From: a virus
DNA length: 31,353 nt
IMG/VR virus record: IMGVR_UViG_3300031920_000321
Coordinates: 1-31,353 of that record
Direction: 5' to 3' (one strand)
Part shown: positions 15,412 to 25,579 of the stretch, piece by piece
Numbering within the stretch: the stretch's first letter is position 1
How the letters are laid out: each line of letters starts with the position of its first letter
Notes under the pieces: generated by a model
Told to the model about the DNA's origin: nothing
What the model saw: only the letters and a program-made list of their open reading frames with translations
Databases searched by the model: none
Made by a program: the position numbers and the translations under genes

Positions 15412-16458
15412 TTAGAAAAGTAAAAAAAAGTTTCCTTGTGCTGTTGGTGCAGACGGAGTTTCTTCATCTCCGTATGTCAATAAAGTATCTCTGCCAGTAT
15501 TGTTAGTTGCTTTCATCCATGCTGCTGATCTAAGAGAAGTTGAAATTCTAACTTCATCAACTAGACCTAAAAAATAACCTGCTCCAGATGAATGCTCGCC
15601 AACTGCAAATGGTCTTAATGTTGCTAAACCTGGACCAATAGCAGCAGAAGAATCTTCTAATGCACCATCAATATATAACCTTGCTGTCGGTGTACCAGAC
15701 GGATCCCATGTTACAGCAACATGATACCATGCATTATCCTGTATCAGAGTAGTCGATACGACATCCTGAGCTGACCCACTTGTTGAACCTTGTACTTGAC
15801 CATCGTCATAATCAGAGACACTAATAACCAAATATCCTTCTAAAGAAACAATATAACGAACAGATTCATCTGCAACGCCTGGTGTTTTGCAAAAACATTC
15901 TAATGTTGCACCGTATGTAGTGAAATCTGCTGCAGCAAAGGGATTTGCTACTGAATGTATTCTATCATTAGAACCATCAAACGATTGTCCTTTTGCAATT
16001 ATACCAGCTGTTTCTATTGGTTGATTTGCGGCTACTTTTGTGCCATCAAAACTATTAGAAGTGCTATCTTCAACTGTAGAAGTAGTCAAATCTTTCATGT
16101 GATATACCAACCCAAAGTATGCATCCCAAGTATTAGCTGGGTCAGCACCATCAGCAGTATCAGTCGTTCTATAATATACATAAATATCAGTATCTGTTGC
16201 AGAAGCGATAGTTGGTACTTTTACCCAATACTCTGCCAAATCACTTGCATCATCGTGTCTTTCTCTTTCATACTTCAAAAGAGTTTCACCGTCCGAACTG
16301 GTAAATCTAATATCAAATCCATCTGTATTTGCTTTGGAAAAATCTAATCTTGCACTTGTTAATGCTACAAGAATTGGAAAATCCGATAAAGCAGAATCAA
16401 TTTTTGTGCAATCGATTGTCAATTTACGCCTAGTTGTATATCCTGCTAAAAATCCCAT
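15412..16458 (-). CDS. DUF2341-like N-terminal domain plus concanavalin A-like lectin (LamG) domain protein; probable receptor- or glycan-binding protein
   Basis: N-terminus RRKLTIDCTKIDSALSDFPILV...DGFDIRFTSSDGETLLKYERE...YWVKVPTI...DIYVYY matches the DUF2341 pattern. The C-terminal half (GQSFDGSNDRI...WYHVAVTWD...LYIDG...GLVDEVRIS) matches the LamG/Laminin_G_3 pattern. Confidence 0.7.
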   Translation of the reverse strand: MGFLAGYTTRRKLTIDCTKIDSALSDFPILVALTSARLDFSKANTDGFDIRFTSSDGETLLKYERERHDDASDLAEYWVKVPTIASATDTDIYVYYRTTDTADGADPANTWDAYFGLVYHMKDLTTSTVEDSTSNSFDGTKVAANQPIETAGIIAKGQSFDGSNDRIHSVANPFAAADFTTYGATLECFCKTPGVADESVRYIVSLEGYLVISVSDYDDGQVQGSTSGSAQDVVSTTLIQDNAWYHVAVTWDPSGTPTARLYIDGALEDSSAAIGPGLATLRPFAVGEHSSGAGYFLGLVDEVRISTSLRSAAWMKATNNTGRDTLLTYGDEETPSAPTAQGNFFLLF

Positions 16459-16464
16459 TATAGA

Positions 16465-16833
16465 TTACTTAATTTTTAATGCATCATATTCTGCTTTAAT
16501 TTTATCAAGTTCTGTTTGATTTTCTAATCCCAACTCAACTAATTCTTTCATTGCAATTGCTTTTGATTTGACTACTAACATTTTCTGTGCTGTGATTTGT
16601 TCTGGTGTTAATGTCACAGTAGCAACAATTGGATTACGCTCACTCCAAAATGCTTCATCTTTATCATTCACATAAAAGTGAATCCATTGTCTTATTAAAC
16701 AATCATTATTTTTAGCAAATACTGGAATTGAACAATGTGATATGCCCTCTTCAACATCGCTTGTTTTTACTTTATCAACTAACACAATTTCAAATTGTGC
16801 TTTTAATTCGTTGATTAGTTCTGCTTGTGTCAT
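16465..16833 (-). CDS. Hypothetical protein, 122 aa
   Basis: ATG ORF tightly packed between two structural genes. No family recognised. Confidence 0.55.
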   Translation of the reverse strand: MTQAELINELKAQFEIVLVDKVKTSDVEEGISHCSIPVFAKNNDCLIRQWIHFYVNDKDEAFWSERNPIVATVTLTPEQITAQKMLVVKSKAIAMKELVELGLENQTELDKIKAEYDALKIK

Positions 16834-16853
16834 ATGTTTATGTTAATTATAAA

Positions 16854-18104
<1,251 letters not shown>

Positions 18105-18127
18105 ATTTGTAAGTTATTTATTATTTG

Positions 18128-18198
18128 CAGTAAGGAAAGGGATCGAACCTTTGTCTTTCGTTTTGGAGACGAATATTCTACCATTAAAATACCAAACT
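18128..18198 (-). tRNA. tRNA-Trp (anticodon CCA)-like gene with an imperfect acceptor stem
   Basis: The hand-folded cloverleaf has these parts. T arm AAAGG-UUCGAUC-CCUUU. Anticodon arm UUCGU-CUCCAAA-ACGAA. D loop AAUGGUA with a 3-bp stem. U8 and G73. Acceptor AGUUUGG/CCUUACU pairs at 5 of 7 positions, with U-U mismatches at 4:69 and 5:68. No encoded CCA. Confidence 0.55.
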
Positions 18199-18202
18199 GT
18201 GT

Positions 18203-18901
18203 TTAATCATCAAACAATTCTCTAGTAGGATATTGTTTACCAACTTCTGCAGGATTTTTAAATCTTAGAGGATAGTTTAATTCTCTACTTGCCAATTCTT
18301 TTGCCATGATTTCTATTCTACCATAAAATTGTTTTTCCATTCTATCTGCTCTGTCCCATACTTCATATCTTTCACATGCTTTACCTGCAGCATATACTGC
18401 CATGTCATCATGATAATCTTCAGGAATAACTGATATATCACCAGAATTTACTAATGCAGAAGGTCTGGCAATATAATATATTTGACCACCTTTCGTAGAT
18501 AATACAGTAGGTTTAGGTCTAATTCTCATATAGTTATTAGTAATATCAACTATTGGATTTGATGTACTTACACCTTCTTCTTCACTAGTATGCTGTATCT
18601 CAGTTGGATTATAACCGGAAGCAATAGAATAATCACTATCTGTAGTAGGTGTTGTATATGCTAATCTTAATTGTTTGAACTTGAGTAAATCAGTCGGTAA
18701 TTGATACAAGCCAGAGTTTGCTGCTAAATTAAAAGTTGTTTTCTGTTCTTCAAAGTAGTCTTCATTAACTCTAATTATTCTCATAACCATTTTTAATTGA
18801 GCATCATTAAGATGCCGATCAATTTCAGCATTTGTTAATCTGGTTGTATCAGATATATTTGATTTGAATCTCACTTGAGATCTTAATGTGGCTAAATTCA
18901 T
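18203..18901 (-). CDS. Putative head-tail adaptor/connector-like structural protein, 232 aa
   Basis: Its position follows the capsid genes and the sugar cassette. The N-terminal pattern LATLRSQVRF...LTNAEIDRHLNDAQ resembles head-tail connector families. This assignment is tentative. Confidence 0.45.
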   Translation of the reverse strand: MNLATLRSQVRFKSNISDTTRLTNAEIDRHLNDAQLKMVMRIIRVNEDYFEEQKTTFNLAANSGLYQLPTDLLKFKQLRLAYTTPTTDSDYSIASGYNPTEIQHTSEEEGVSTSNPIVDITNNYMRIRPKPTVLSTKGGQIYYIARPSALVNSGDISVIPEDYHDDMAVYAAGKACERYEVWDRADRMEKQFYGRIEIMAKELASRELNYPLRFKNPAEVGKQYPTRELFDD

Positions 18902-18910
18902 AATTGTATG

Positions 18911-19975
18911 TTATAGGTTTAATATAAAATCTGACCATCGACTAACATGTGCCGACATATCATACTTTTTAATTGAATCATTATATGCATTTTCGCCAAT
19001 TCTCTTTCGTTCCTTTTCATTTTCTATTAAATAGCTAAGACCACATACCCAATCATCATCTGTTTCTGCTAATATGCCAGTATGTCTATTCAATACATTA
19101 GTATAATGATGAGCAGAATATACTGCGGGAATCTTGTTAATGCTATATTCTAAATATTTGCATTGGCTTTTACATTTATTAAAAAAGTTCTTCTGCAATG
19201 GTGCTATTGCAATATCTGCTTGAAGTGCTGCTAATTTATATGGCCATATATTGCCAGGCACTGCTAAAATGTTTTCACGATTATTAGGTATTCCTTCCCA
19301 TAAATCATCACCATATATAAATTTTGCTTGTAAATCGTCTGTTTTAACACCACCGTCACCGACATAAATAAATTTAACATGTGGATATTTTTCTAAAATC
19401 CTTTTCATTATTGGTTTGAATTTCAGTAGATCACCTTTATGACTTGTACTTCCTGCCCAAAGTAAGCGTATCATATCTGAATGATTTGGTTTATATTCTT
19501 TTAGCCAATGAGTAATATCAAGATAATTGTCAAAAACTAATGATTTTTTTGCAAGCCAACCATACTGTTTCTTTAAAGTTTCATTAGTTGTAATAAAACC
19601 ATCACAGTGTCGTAAACAATTTATTATTTCTTTCCATACTTTCGTTTTGTTTTTGAAACCTTTTATACTATCATAACTATAATGAGTCTTTGGTACTGTA
19701 TGTATTAAATCATCACATTCAAATACTACTTTTTTTCCTAATTTTTTACATAACTTAACAATTGCTGCAGAAAATACCATTTCTAATATTACAATATCTG
19801 ACCATTGGATATGTTGTTCCATTTGCTGGTCATTGCTATCTGATAATATAACTTCATGACCAAGCGATTGCATATACTTCAATTGTGGTATCATTCGATA
19901 ATACCTTGAACCTGAGCCATTATGTATTGCATAGATCTTTAACTTTGTAGTAGTTATCATTGTAGATGTGTTCAT
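18911..19975 (-). CDS. Probable GT-B fold glycosyltransferase, 354 aa
   Basis: The C-terminal half carries LLWAGSTSHKGDL...FIYVGDGG and IAIAPLQKNFFNKCKSQCKYLEYSINKIPAVYS, which resemble GT-B donor-binding-domain patterns. It overlaps the upstream gene by 4 nt. Confidence 0.55.
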   Translation of the reverse strand: MNTSTMITTTKLKIYAIHNGSGSRYYRMIPQLKYMQSLGHEVILSDSNDQQMEQHIQWSDIVILEMVFSAAIVKLCKKLGKKVVFECDDLIHTVPKTHYSYDSIKGFKNKTKVWKEIINCLRHCDGFITTNETLKKQYGWLAKKSLVFDNYLDITHWLKEYKPNHSDMIRLLWAGSTSHKGDLLKFKPIMKRILEKYPHVKFIYVGDGGVKTDDLQAKFIYGDDLWEGIPNNRENILAVPGNIWPYKLAALQADIAIAPLQKNFFNKCKSQCKYLEYSINKIPAVYSAHHYTNVLNRHTGILAETDDDWVCGLSYLIENEKERKRIGENAYNDSIKKYDMSAHVSRWSDFILNL

Positions 19976-20703
19976 TTTGTATGTCTTAAAATTGAATCGA
20001 GTAAATAATCATGCCCGTATTGTTTTTCAAGTAATTTTGCATTGGGTATTTGACAATGTCCACCAATCACATCGTTCTCTGGTAAATACAATATTGGTCG
20101 AATTACTTCAGGTTTGCCTAATTTCATATAACCAACATTATAACTATTATTCCATTCTGTCATTACTGCTTCAAAGCTTAAATTTTCTTTTTCACACAAT
20201 TTATTAGCATACGAATGAAAAGCAATGCACGTTGCATAATAAGTAGTTGATAATAGTTTTGCTAGTTCAGTCGTTTTTGATTTATGTACAATTTGCGGTA
20301 TCATTCCTATTTCTTCAAAATGCTCTGCTACTAATCTACCTGCACCAGCAAAATCTGCACCAATGTATTTTACAAATGTTTTAATGCCATCATATAAATT
20401 AGGATGGACACCTCTAACGGGAGAATGCACAGCAAATTTATACTCAAGTTTTTCAGTTGTACCCACTGGTACTGATGAATGAATTATTACCAAAGGTTTA
20501 TAATTATCAATATGCACTTTGACAATGTCTATAAAGTTATCACTATACGGAATACACACATGCAATATATCTAATTTATCAGGAAAATCGGAAGTATCAA
20601 TCTCTTCGACATATACTTGGCAATTGTTTTTTCCAACGTAGAATTTGCCGATTGCTTTGCCAACTTCACCATTTCCTAACAATCCAATATTTTTCTTAAT
20701 CAT
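19972..20703 (-). CDS. NAD(P)-binding nucleotide-sugar dehydrogenase-like protein (short UDP-glucose/GDP-mannose dehydrogenase family-like)
   Basis: N-terminal GxGxxG (IGLLGNGEVGKAIG), LHVCIPY, and a GGHCQIPNAKLL segment resembling the catalytic GGxC(F/L)PKD motif. At 243 aa it is shorter than canonical family members. Confidence 0.5.
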   Translation of the reverse strand: MIKKNIGLLGNGEVGKAIGKFYVGKNNCQVYVEEIDTSDFPDKLDILHVCIPYSDNFIDIVKVHIDNYKPLVIIHSSVPVGTTEKLEYKFAVHSPVRGVHPNLYDGIKTFVKYIGADFAGAGRLVAEHFEEIGMIPQIVHKSKTTELAKLLSTTYYATCIAFHSYANKLCEKENLSFEAVMTEWNNSYNVGYMKLGKPEVIRPILYLPENDVIGGHCQIPNAKLLEKQYGHDYLLDSILRHTK

Positions 20704-20719
20704 ATTTAAATGTTATGAC

Positions 20720-21025
20720 TTAGTTTCTTGATAACGTACCTATGATTGCTTGCATTGTTGCAAGTAATTCTAAGTTACCAGCAGTTTCATTTTTAACAAC
20801 AGTAACTGTATTTCCATCTGTTTCAATTATAATTTGTCTTTTTGGTTGAGCATTAATTGGACCAGGTGCAGGAATTTCTACTTGTTTTTCAAGTATTGTT
20901 TTCTTTGGAGATTCTTTAACGTCTTCTCTTATTTTTTTAGCATTTGATTTTTTACCCATAATATTTTTATTAATATTAGTTAAATTATTTTTAGAATTCA
21001 TCAGTTTCTTCAATACAATTGACAT
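20720..21025 (-). CDS. Hypothetical small basic protein, 101 aa
   Basis: ORF within the sugar cassette with a Lys/Asn-rich N-terminus. The start codon is uncertain (several in-frame Met). Confidence 0.45.
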   Translation of the reverse strand: MSIVLKKLMNSKNNLTNINKNIMGKKSNAKKIREDVKESPKKTILEKQVEIPAPGPINAQPKRQIIIETDGNTVTVVKNETAGNLELLATMQAIIGTLSRN

Positions 21026-21150
21026 TATAACTTGATGAAGTTGGTCTGTTTACATTATCTACGTTACCACTGAAATTAAATGTTCTTTTTTCCTTTTCTA
21101 ATTTTTGAACAACTTTAATCAATTCCTCTAAAGTGTCCATTGTTATATTT

Positions 21151-21828
21151 TTATTTACTTTCATGATTTATATTCCTTTCTAGTTTATTTATCTCAACAT
21201 AGTCTTCACTTATAAATCCAAATGAAGCATCTGCTGGAACATTAGTAATTATATTTTGATAACATGCATCTAAATTATTTTTAACATTTGGTGAATATCC
21301 ACAATGTCCATGACCAACTATTATATCAGTATCAGGTAACATCTCTTCGAACGACCAATTGTTTTGAAATGTTTTTGTTCCTTCTGGTACATTACGTGGG
21401 TGATTACTATTAATCGCTACAATATATCCTTTATCTCGTAATGCTACAAATGCATCATATGAATATTGCCAATAAGGAGCACAACATATCTTCTTATAAT
21501 TTAATCCAATTCGTTCAAACATATTTTCAGATGCTGTCAACATTGTCATAATAGTATCGTACGGTTTGGTCATTTCGAAATGAGTATGAGCAAAGCCATG
21601 CAAACCAATTTCTAACCATTCATAACTATTTATAACTTCTGCCCATTTTTTATATTTTTCTACTTTAAAATGTTTTTGATTGCCAGGTTGAAAGAATTCT
21701 TTTGGAAAAGGTATTGTAAAAGCAGTCATTTTAAAGTCAGGTATAAGACGTTGCATTCTTATTATTTCATCCATGCCTGGCATTAGAAATCCAAAATCAT
21801 GTACATCCATGTAAAATTTATTTGGCAT
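21151..21828 (-). CDS. Polysaccharide deacetylase-like (DUF2334/NodB-type) metal hydrolase
   Basis: DVHDFG near the N-terminus, GLHGFAHTH mid-protein and VGHGHCGY later give an Asp/His pattern like carbohydrate-esterase-type deacetylases. Tentative. Confidence 0.4.
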   Translation of the reverse strand: MPNKFYMDVHDFGFLMPGMDEIIRMQRLIPDFKMTAFTIPFPKEFFQPGNQKHFKVEKYKKWAEVINSYEWLEIGLHGFAHTHFEMTKPYDTIMTMLTASENMFERIGLNYKKICCAPYWQYSYDAFVALRDKGYIVAINSNHPRNVPEGTKTFQNNWSFEEMLPDTDIIVGHGHCGYSPNVKNNLDACYQNIITNVPADASFGFISEDYVEINKLERNINHESK

Positions 21829-22549
21829 ATTGTTCTTTCGTTAGTTGCTTAAACGAGTAGTCATAATACTTCTCTGATGCTATTTTACTTTTATGCCAAT
21901 TATGATATAAAATTAAGTCAGGCACAGATTTACAAAGCAAACCATGATAATACATTTTGCCAATTAAGATATTGTCATCACCACCATATCCTTTTATCTT
22001 AGAATCCCATCCACCGTATTTCCGTAATGCTTCAGTTGGTATAGCTAAGCCATTTCCTGTTAATACTTCAAACGGACTATTCATAATAATTGCTTCATGT
22101 TGAGGAATTACATTTTTGACTAATCGCCAATCAACATCTACTGCATTTTTTCCATCTATTTGTAATCTAACTCCACATACTATAGTATCTTTATCAATTT
22201 TTTCATTCAATATTTCAAGATAGTTTAATTCAGGGAAAGAATCACCCATTATAAATAAACAATATTCCCCTTTTGCTTTCTTAATTCCTCTATTCATCAT
22301 ACCACTTAAATATTTTTTGAAAAAAGGTCTATCATATGTATGAGGAAAATTAAACTCAGGTTCTGCTAAGAAAAACTCTTTAGTACCATCAGTAGATCTA
22401 TCATCGCAGAAAATTACTTCAAAGTTTTTATATGTTTGATTTGACAAACTTTCAATTAACTTAAACAAGTATTTACGTTGATTATAACAACCAATAATTA
22501 TGCTATATTTTGGATTTGTCATATTTTTTTCCCCTTTCCATATATCCAT
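21818..22549 (-). CDS. Family 2 (GT-A) glycosyltransferase
   Basis: YSIIIGCYNQRKYLFKLIESLSNQTYKNFEVIFCDDRSTDGT and a later GGDD motif. Confidence 0.85.
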   Translation of the reverse strand: MDIWKGEKNMTNPKYSIIIGCYNQRKYLFKLIESLSNQTYKNFEVIFCDDRSTDGTKEFFLAEPEFNFPHTYDRPFFKKYLSGMMNRGIKKAKGEYCLFIMGDSFPELNYLEILNEKIDKDTIVCGVRLQIDGKNAVDVDWRLVKNVIPQHEAIIMNSPFEVLTGNGLAIPTEALRKYGGWDSKIKGYGGDDNILIGKMYYHGLLCKSVPDLILYHNWHKSKIASEKYYDYSFKQLTKEQYAK

Positions 22550-23055
22550 TTATTTTCTTGATTAAGATATTCCTCGATATTAAAGTATCTACCAACTACT
22601 TCCTTTATATCTGCTAAATCTCTAAAATCATATTTATGAAATGTAGAAATTGCTAAACTATTTAATGGTATCGAAAAGGCAAGTGTATCACCTTTCAATT
22701 GAGATAAAAAGAAATCAGGATTTTCTAAATGTTCAATAGTTTCCAATGAAACACATACTTCGTGATCTGGTAAAAGGTCTTTATCTAAGTCTGCTTTAAT
22801 GAATTGCACATTATCTTTAATATATGGATATAATTTAGCGTGTTCTAGTGCTTCATCGTTATTATCAATTGCTATTACTCTTTTTGCTACTAAACTATAT
22901 AAATATGTTCCAAGACCAGCACCGCAACTCGCATCTAATACAATTTTATCTTTGCAATAATGCATAGCAAATATATATCTTTGCAGATTTATTGATATTT
23001 CGTATGGTCCACTAATATGTGGAACAAAAAATTCGCCGCTTTTATTTGTTAGCAT
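22519..23055 (-). CDS. Class I SAM-dependent methyltransferase
   Basis: Motif I VLDASCGAGLGTYL, acidic residue after beta-2 (IAIDNNDEAL), and SLETIEHLENP. Confidence 0.75.
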   Translation of the reverse strand: MLTNKSGEFFVPHISGPYEISINLQRYIFAMHYCKDKIVLDASCGAGLGTYLYSLVAKRVIAIDNNDEALEHAKLYPYIKDNVQFIKADLDKDLLPDHEVCVSLETIEHLENPDFFLSQLKGDTLAFSIPLNSLAISTFHKYDFRDLADIKEVVGRYFNIEEYLNQENKWIYGKGKKI

Positions 23056-24475
23056 GTTGTAGTTTTAATGTTCTTTTAAAATATTCAGGGTATTTACGGA
23101 TTTGACCTGAAGAACCATCTATATGAATTACTGTGAACTCTTCCATATAGAATAGATTGAAACCTTTTTGCTGAACAGATTTTGATAAGAAGTAATCTTT
23201 ATTACCAGGCAAGCCTTCTGGAAATACAAATCCATCGTACATTGAAAGATATGAACCAAATACTATTCCTCCTAAGTTTGGAACAATTCCTAAAATGTTA
23301 TCATTTATCGTTACATATGGACTATTGCCATCCATTCGTTGTCTTAATACTCCACCAGGTGTCCCTTCTAATCCTTCTACAGTTGGACTTAGAACTAAAC
23401 CTTTATTTCTTTCTAGTAATCCAACCATTGCTGACAACCAGTTATCTGTTATTTCCATTGCATCATTATCATGCTTAACAATTATATCATATTTGCCTGC
23501 TTTTCTAATAACATCAACACCTTTCATCCAACCATTTGCTACTCCAATATTATCTTTTAAGAAAACTGGAAATACATGCTTATCTTTTTTCTGCAATTCT
23601 TTTAAGTATCCTGTAGTTCCATCTGTAGAACCTTGATCTATTGGAAACCAATCAAATTCATATCCTGCAGTTTGTCTCATTGTTTCATAAGATTTTTTAG
23701 TATATTCATATCTATCTAAAACTAATGTAAAAATACCAACTTTTAATGGTTTGTAATCCGCTAAACAAGATTTATCTGCAAAAATTCTACAATCAGCAGG
23801 ATTAAATGTCGGAATATAATTACCATATTCGTCATACTCTAATTTATTCTTGCTACTAATTGTATTTGAATGTTGTAAAACTTCTGTTATTAAAATAGGA
23901 ACATGTATAAATTGGCATCCATTTTTATGCAATCTCATCCATAAATTCCAATCTTTAAATTGTTCCAGTTCTTCATTAAACCCACCTACTTCGATTAACT
24001 TTTCTCTTTTAACAAAAGAGACTGACATTGAAATATAATTACGTTGAGATAATAGTTGAGGGTCAAAATCAATAGACCAACCAGCTTCTCTCTTTTTCTT
24101 TCCTTCTATATTATTCAGGTAATCACCATATGCTACATCAGCAGTAGTGTGTTTTAAGTATGTATAAATTATTGCTAATGCTTCTTTTTTTCTATAAATA
24201 TCATCATCATCTAAAAATGCTATATATTCACCATTTGCATTTAGTATACCAATATTTTTTGGCTTACCGTCATGACCTGTGTTTTCTGATGTTTTAATAT
24301 AGCGTACTCTCTTATCTTTAAAATTTCTGACAATCTTTTCAGTATCATCAGTTGAGCAATCATCAATTATCAATAATTCAAAATCTTCAAAAGTCTGGTC
24401 AAGAACAGATTTAATTGCTTTTTTAAGAAAGTCACTTCTATTATATGTAGAAATTATTACACTTATTATTGGCAT
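23042..24475 (-). CDS. Two-domain glycosyltransferase (N-terminal GT2, C-terminal second GT-A-like domain)
   Basis: N-terminal ISVIISTYNRSDFLKKAIKSVLDQTFEDFELLIIDDCSTDDT plus FLDDDD. The second half carries VGIFTLVLDRYEYT...PIDQGSTDGT...KHDND. Confidence 0.8.
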   Translation of the reverse strand: MPIISVIISTYNRSDFLKKAIKSVLDQTFEDFELLIIDDCSTDDTEKIVRNFKDKRVRYIKTSENTGHDGKPKNIGILNANGEYIAFLDDDDIYRKKEALAIIYTYLKHTTADVAYGDYLNNIEGKKKREAGWSIDFDPQLLSQRNYISMSVSFVKREKLIEVGGFNEELEQFKDWNLWMRLHKNGCQFIHVPILITEVLQHSNTISSKNKLEYDEYGNYIPTFNPADCRIFADKSCLADYKPLKVGIFTLVLDRYEYTKKSYETMRQTAGYEFDWFPIDQGSTDGTTGYLKELQKKDKHVFPVFLKDNIGVANGWMKGVDVIRKAGKYDIIVKHDNDAMEITDNWLSAMVGLLERNKGLVLSPTVEGLEGTPGGVLRQRMDGNSPYVTINDNILGIVPNLGGIVFGSYLSMYDGFVFPEGLPGNKDYFLSKSVQQKGFNLFYMEEFTVIHIDGSSGQIRKYPEYFKRTLKLQHANK

Positions 24476-24562
24476 GCTTATATGTTAGTTATTAAACCAT
24501 TCTCTGAGGCTACAGAATGACTTCTGTGACACCATTGTATTGAAGTTGATAGAATATACCTT

Positions 24563-24584
24563 TGGGGGTTTGAAGGTACCCCCA
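24563..24584 (-). promoter_or_regulatory. GC-rich hairpin downstream of the major capsid gene (attenuator or RNA-stability element candidate)
   Basis: TGGGGGT (24563-24569) pairs with ACCCCCA (24578-24584) around an 8-nt loop. It is the only G5/C5 stem noticed in this AT-rich genome. No U-run follows on either strand. A second small hairpin, ACAGAA-TGAC-TTCTGT, lies at 24512-24527. Confidence 0.4.
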
Positions 24585-24630
24585 CGACCTAATAAAATTG
24601 AGTAATAGAGCATTTATTAAACTCCAATGC

Positions 24631-25545
24631 TTAGCCTAAAGTTGCAGATGATTCAAGACGAACACCTTTTTGATTACTAAGAACTTCAGAAGAAAGAACA
24701 AATCTGTATCCATAGGTATTGTATTGTCTCAATTCAGAACCTCTTCCCGGTTCATTGATAACAATTTCAAGTTCACCCATTTCAGATTGTCCCAAGAAAT
24801 CTTGACCAAAAATCAAAGAACGATAAACATCTGTCGAAGCAGAACCTGAATTTGTCAAAACAGGAATTGTAGGTGCTATAGCGAAACGAACACCCCAAAT
24901 TTTACCAACTTCACCAGGAATATCATACTTTACAGTATCCCTGTACTTCACAACATCTGTCCAAGCAGAATCAGTTTGAAGATCAAATGCTACGTCTGGA
25001 TGAACCAAACCAACATAAAATCCATCAGCAAATCTAGGTACAGATGAAAGTTGAAGTAATCTAACAGCTTTACGAACATCAGCAATTGTAGCAGAGCATG
25101 CTTCTATGATTCCACTTCTGTGAAGTTTACCTTTAGCATAGAGAGCAGTTCCACCAACAAGAGCCTTAGCAAGAACAGCATCATCTAAAGTTTTTGCAGC
25201 ATCCATTGCCAAATCCTTTATAATTGCTTCTTTTGTTCCGTCAATAGCAGTATCCATGAAGAGTCTAGAATTCTTAATAAGATTTCCATACTCTGTCAAT
25301 GTACCAGAAACACGAGTAGCATTAGAAGAACGAGCAGTAGGATCAGCACCTTCTGAAAGAGAGGCACCAGCAGTACTAACTTTAGGAATACCTACCCACC
25401 AAACAACTTTACCATTTCCTTTACCTACTTTAGCTTTACGAGTCAAGCCTTTGAGAGCAAGAGTATCATAAAGATTTTCGATGAAGAAATCATGCCAATA
25501 TTGTTTGAGGGCTTTTGCACCAGTTGTAGTAGTTCCAACAGCCAT
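24631..25545 (-). CDS. Major capsid protein (HK97-fold type expected)
   Basis: A 304-aa ORF directly downstream of the scaffold-like gene in the order TerL-portal-scaffold-capsid. Its composition is typical of small HK97-like capsid proteins. Family not verified. Confidence 0.75.
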   Translation of the reverse strand: MAVGTTTTGAKALKQYWHDFFIENLYDTLALKGLTRKAKVGKGNGKVVWWVGIPKVSTAGASLSEGADPTARSSNATRVSGTLTEYGNLIKNSRLFMDTAIDGTKEAIIKDLAMDAAKTLDDAVLAKALVGGTALYAKGKLHRSGIIEACSATIADVRKAVRLLQLSSVPRFADGFYVGLVHPDVAFDLQTDSAWTDVVKYRDTVKYDIPGEVGKIWGVRFAIAPTIPVLTNSGSASTDVYRSLIFGQDFLGQSEMGELEIVINEPGRGSELRQYNTYGYRFVLSSEVLSNQKGVRLESSATLG

Positions 25546-25579
25546 ATTTTTGTGATTACATTAATTAAGATAATGCTTT

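Noticed and set aside
21026-21150. Possible small minus-strand ORF filling the gap inside the sugar cassette
   Set aside because: Careful re-translation from the ATG at 21141 gives only MDTLEELD then a stop. No other usable ORF was found, so the gap is treated as non-coding.
23182-24038. Plus-strand ORFs antisense to the 477-aa glycosyltransferase (and similar ones opposite portal, capsid and terL)
   Set aside because: The minus-strand frames carry unmistakable family motifs. The plus-strand ORFs are low-complexity shadows.
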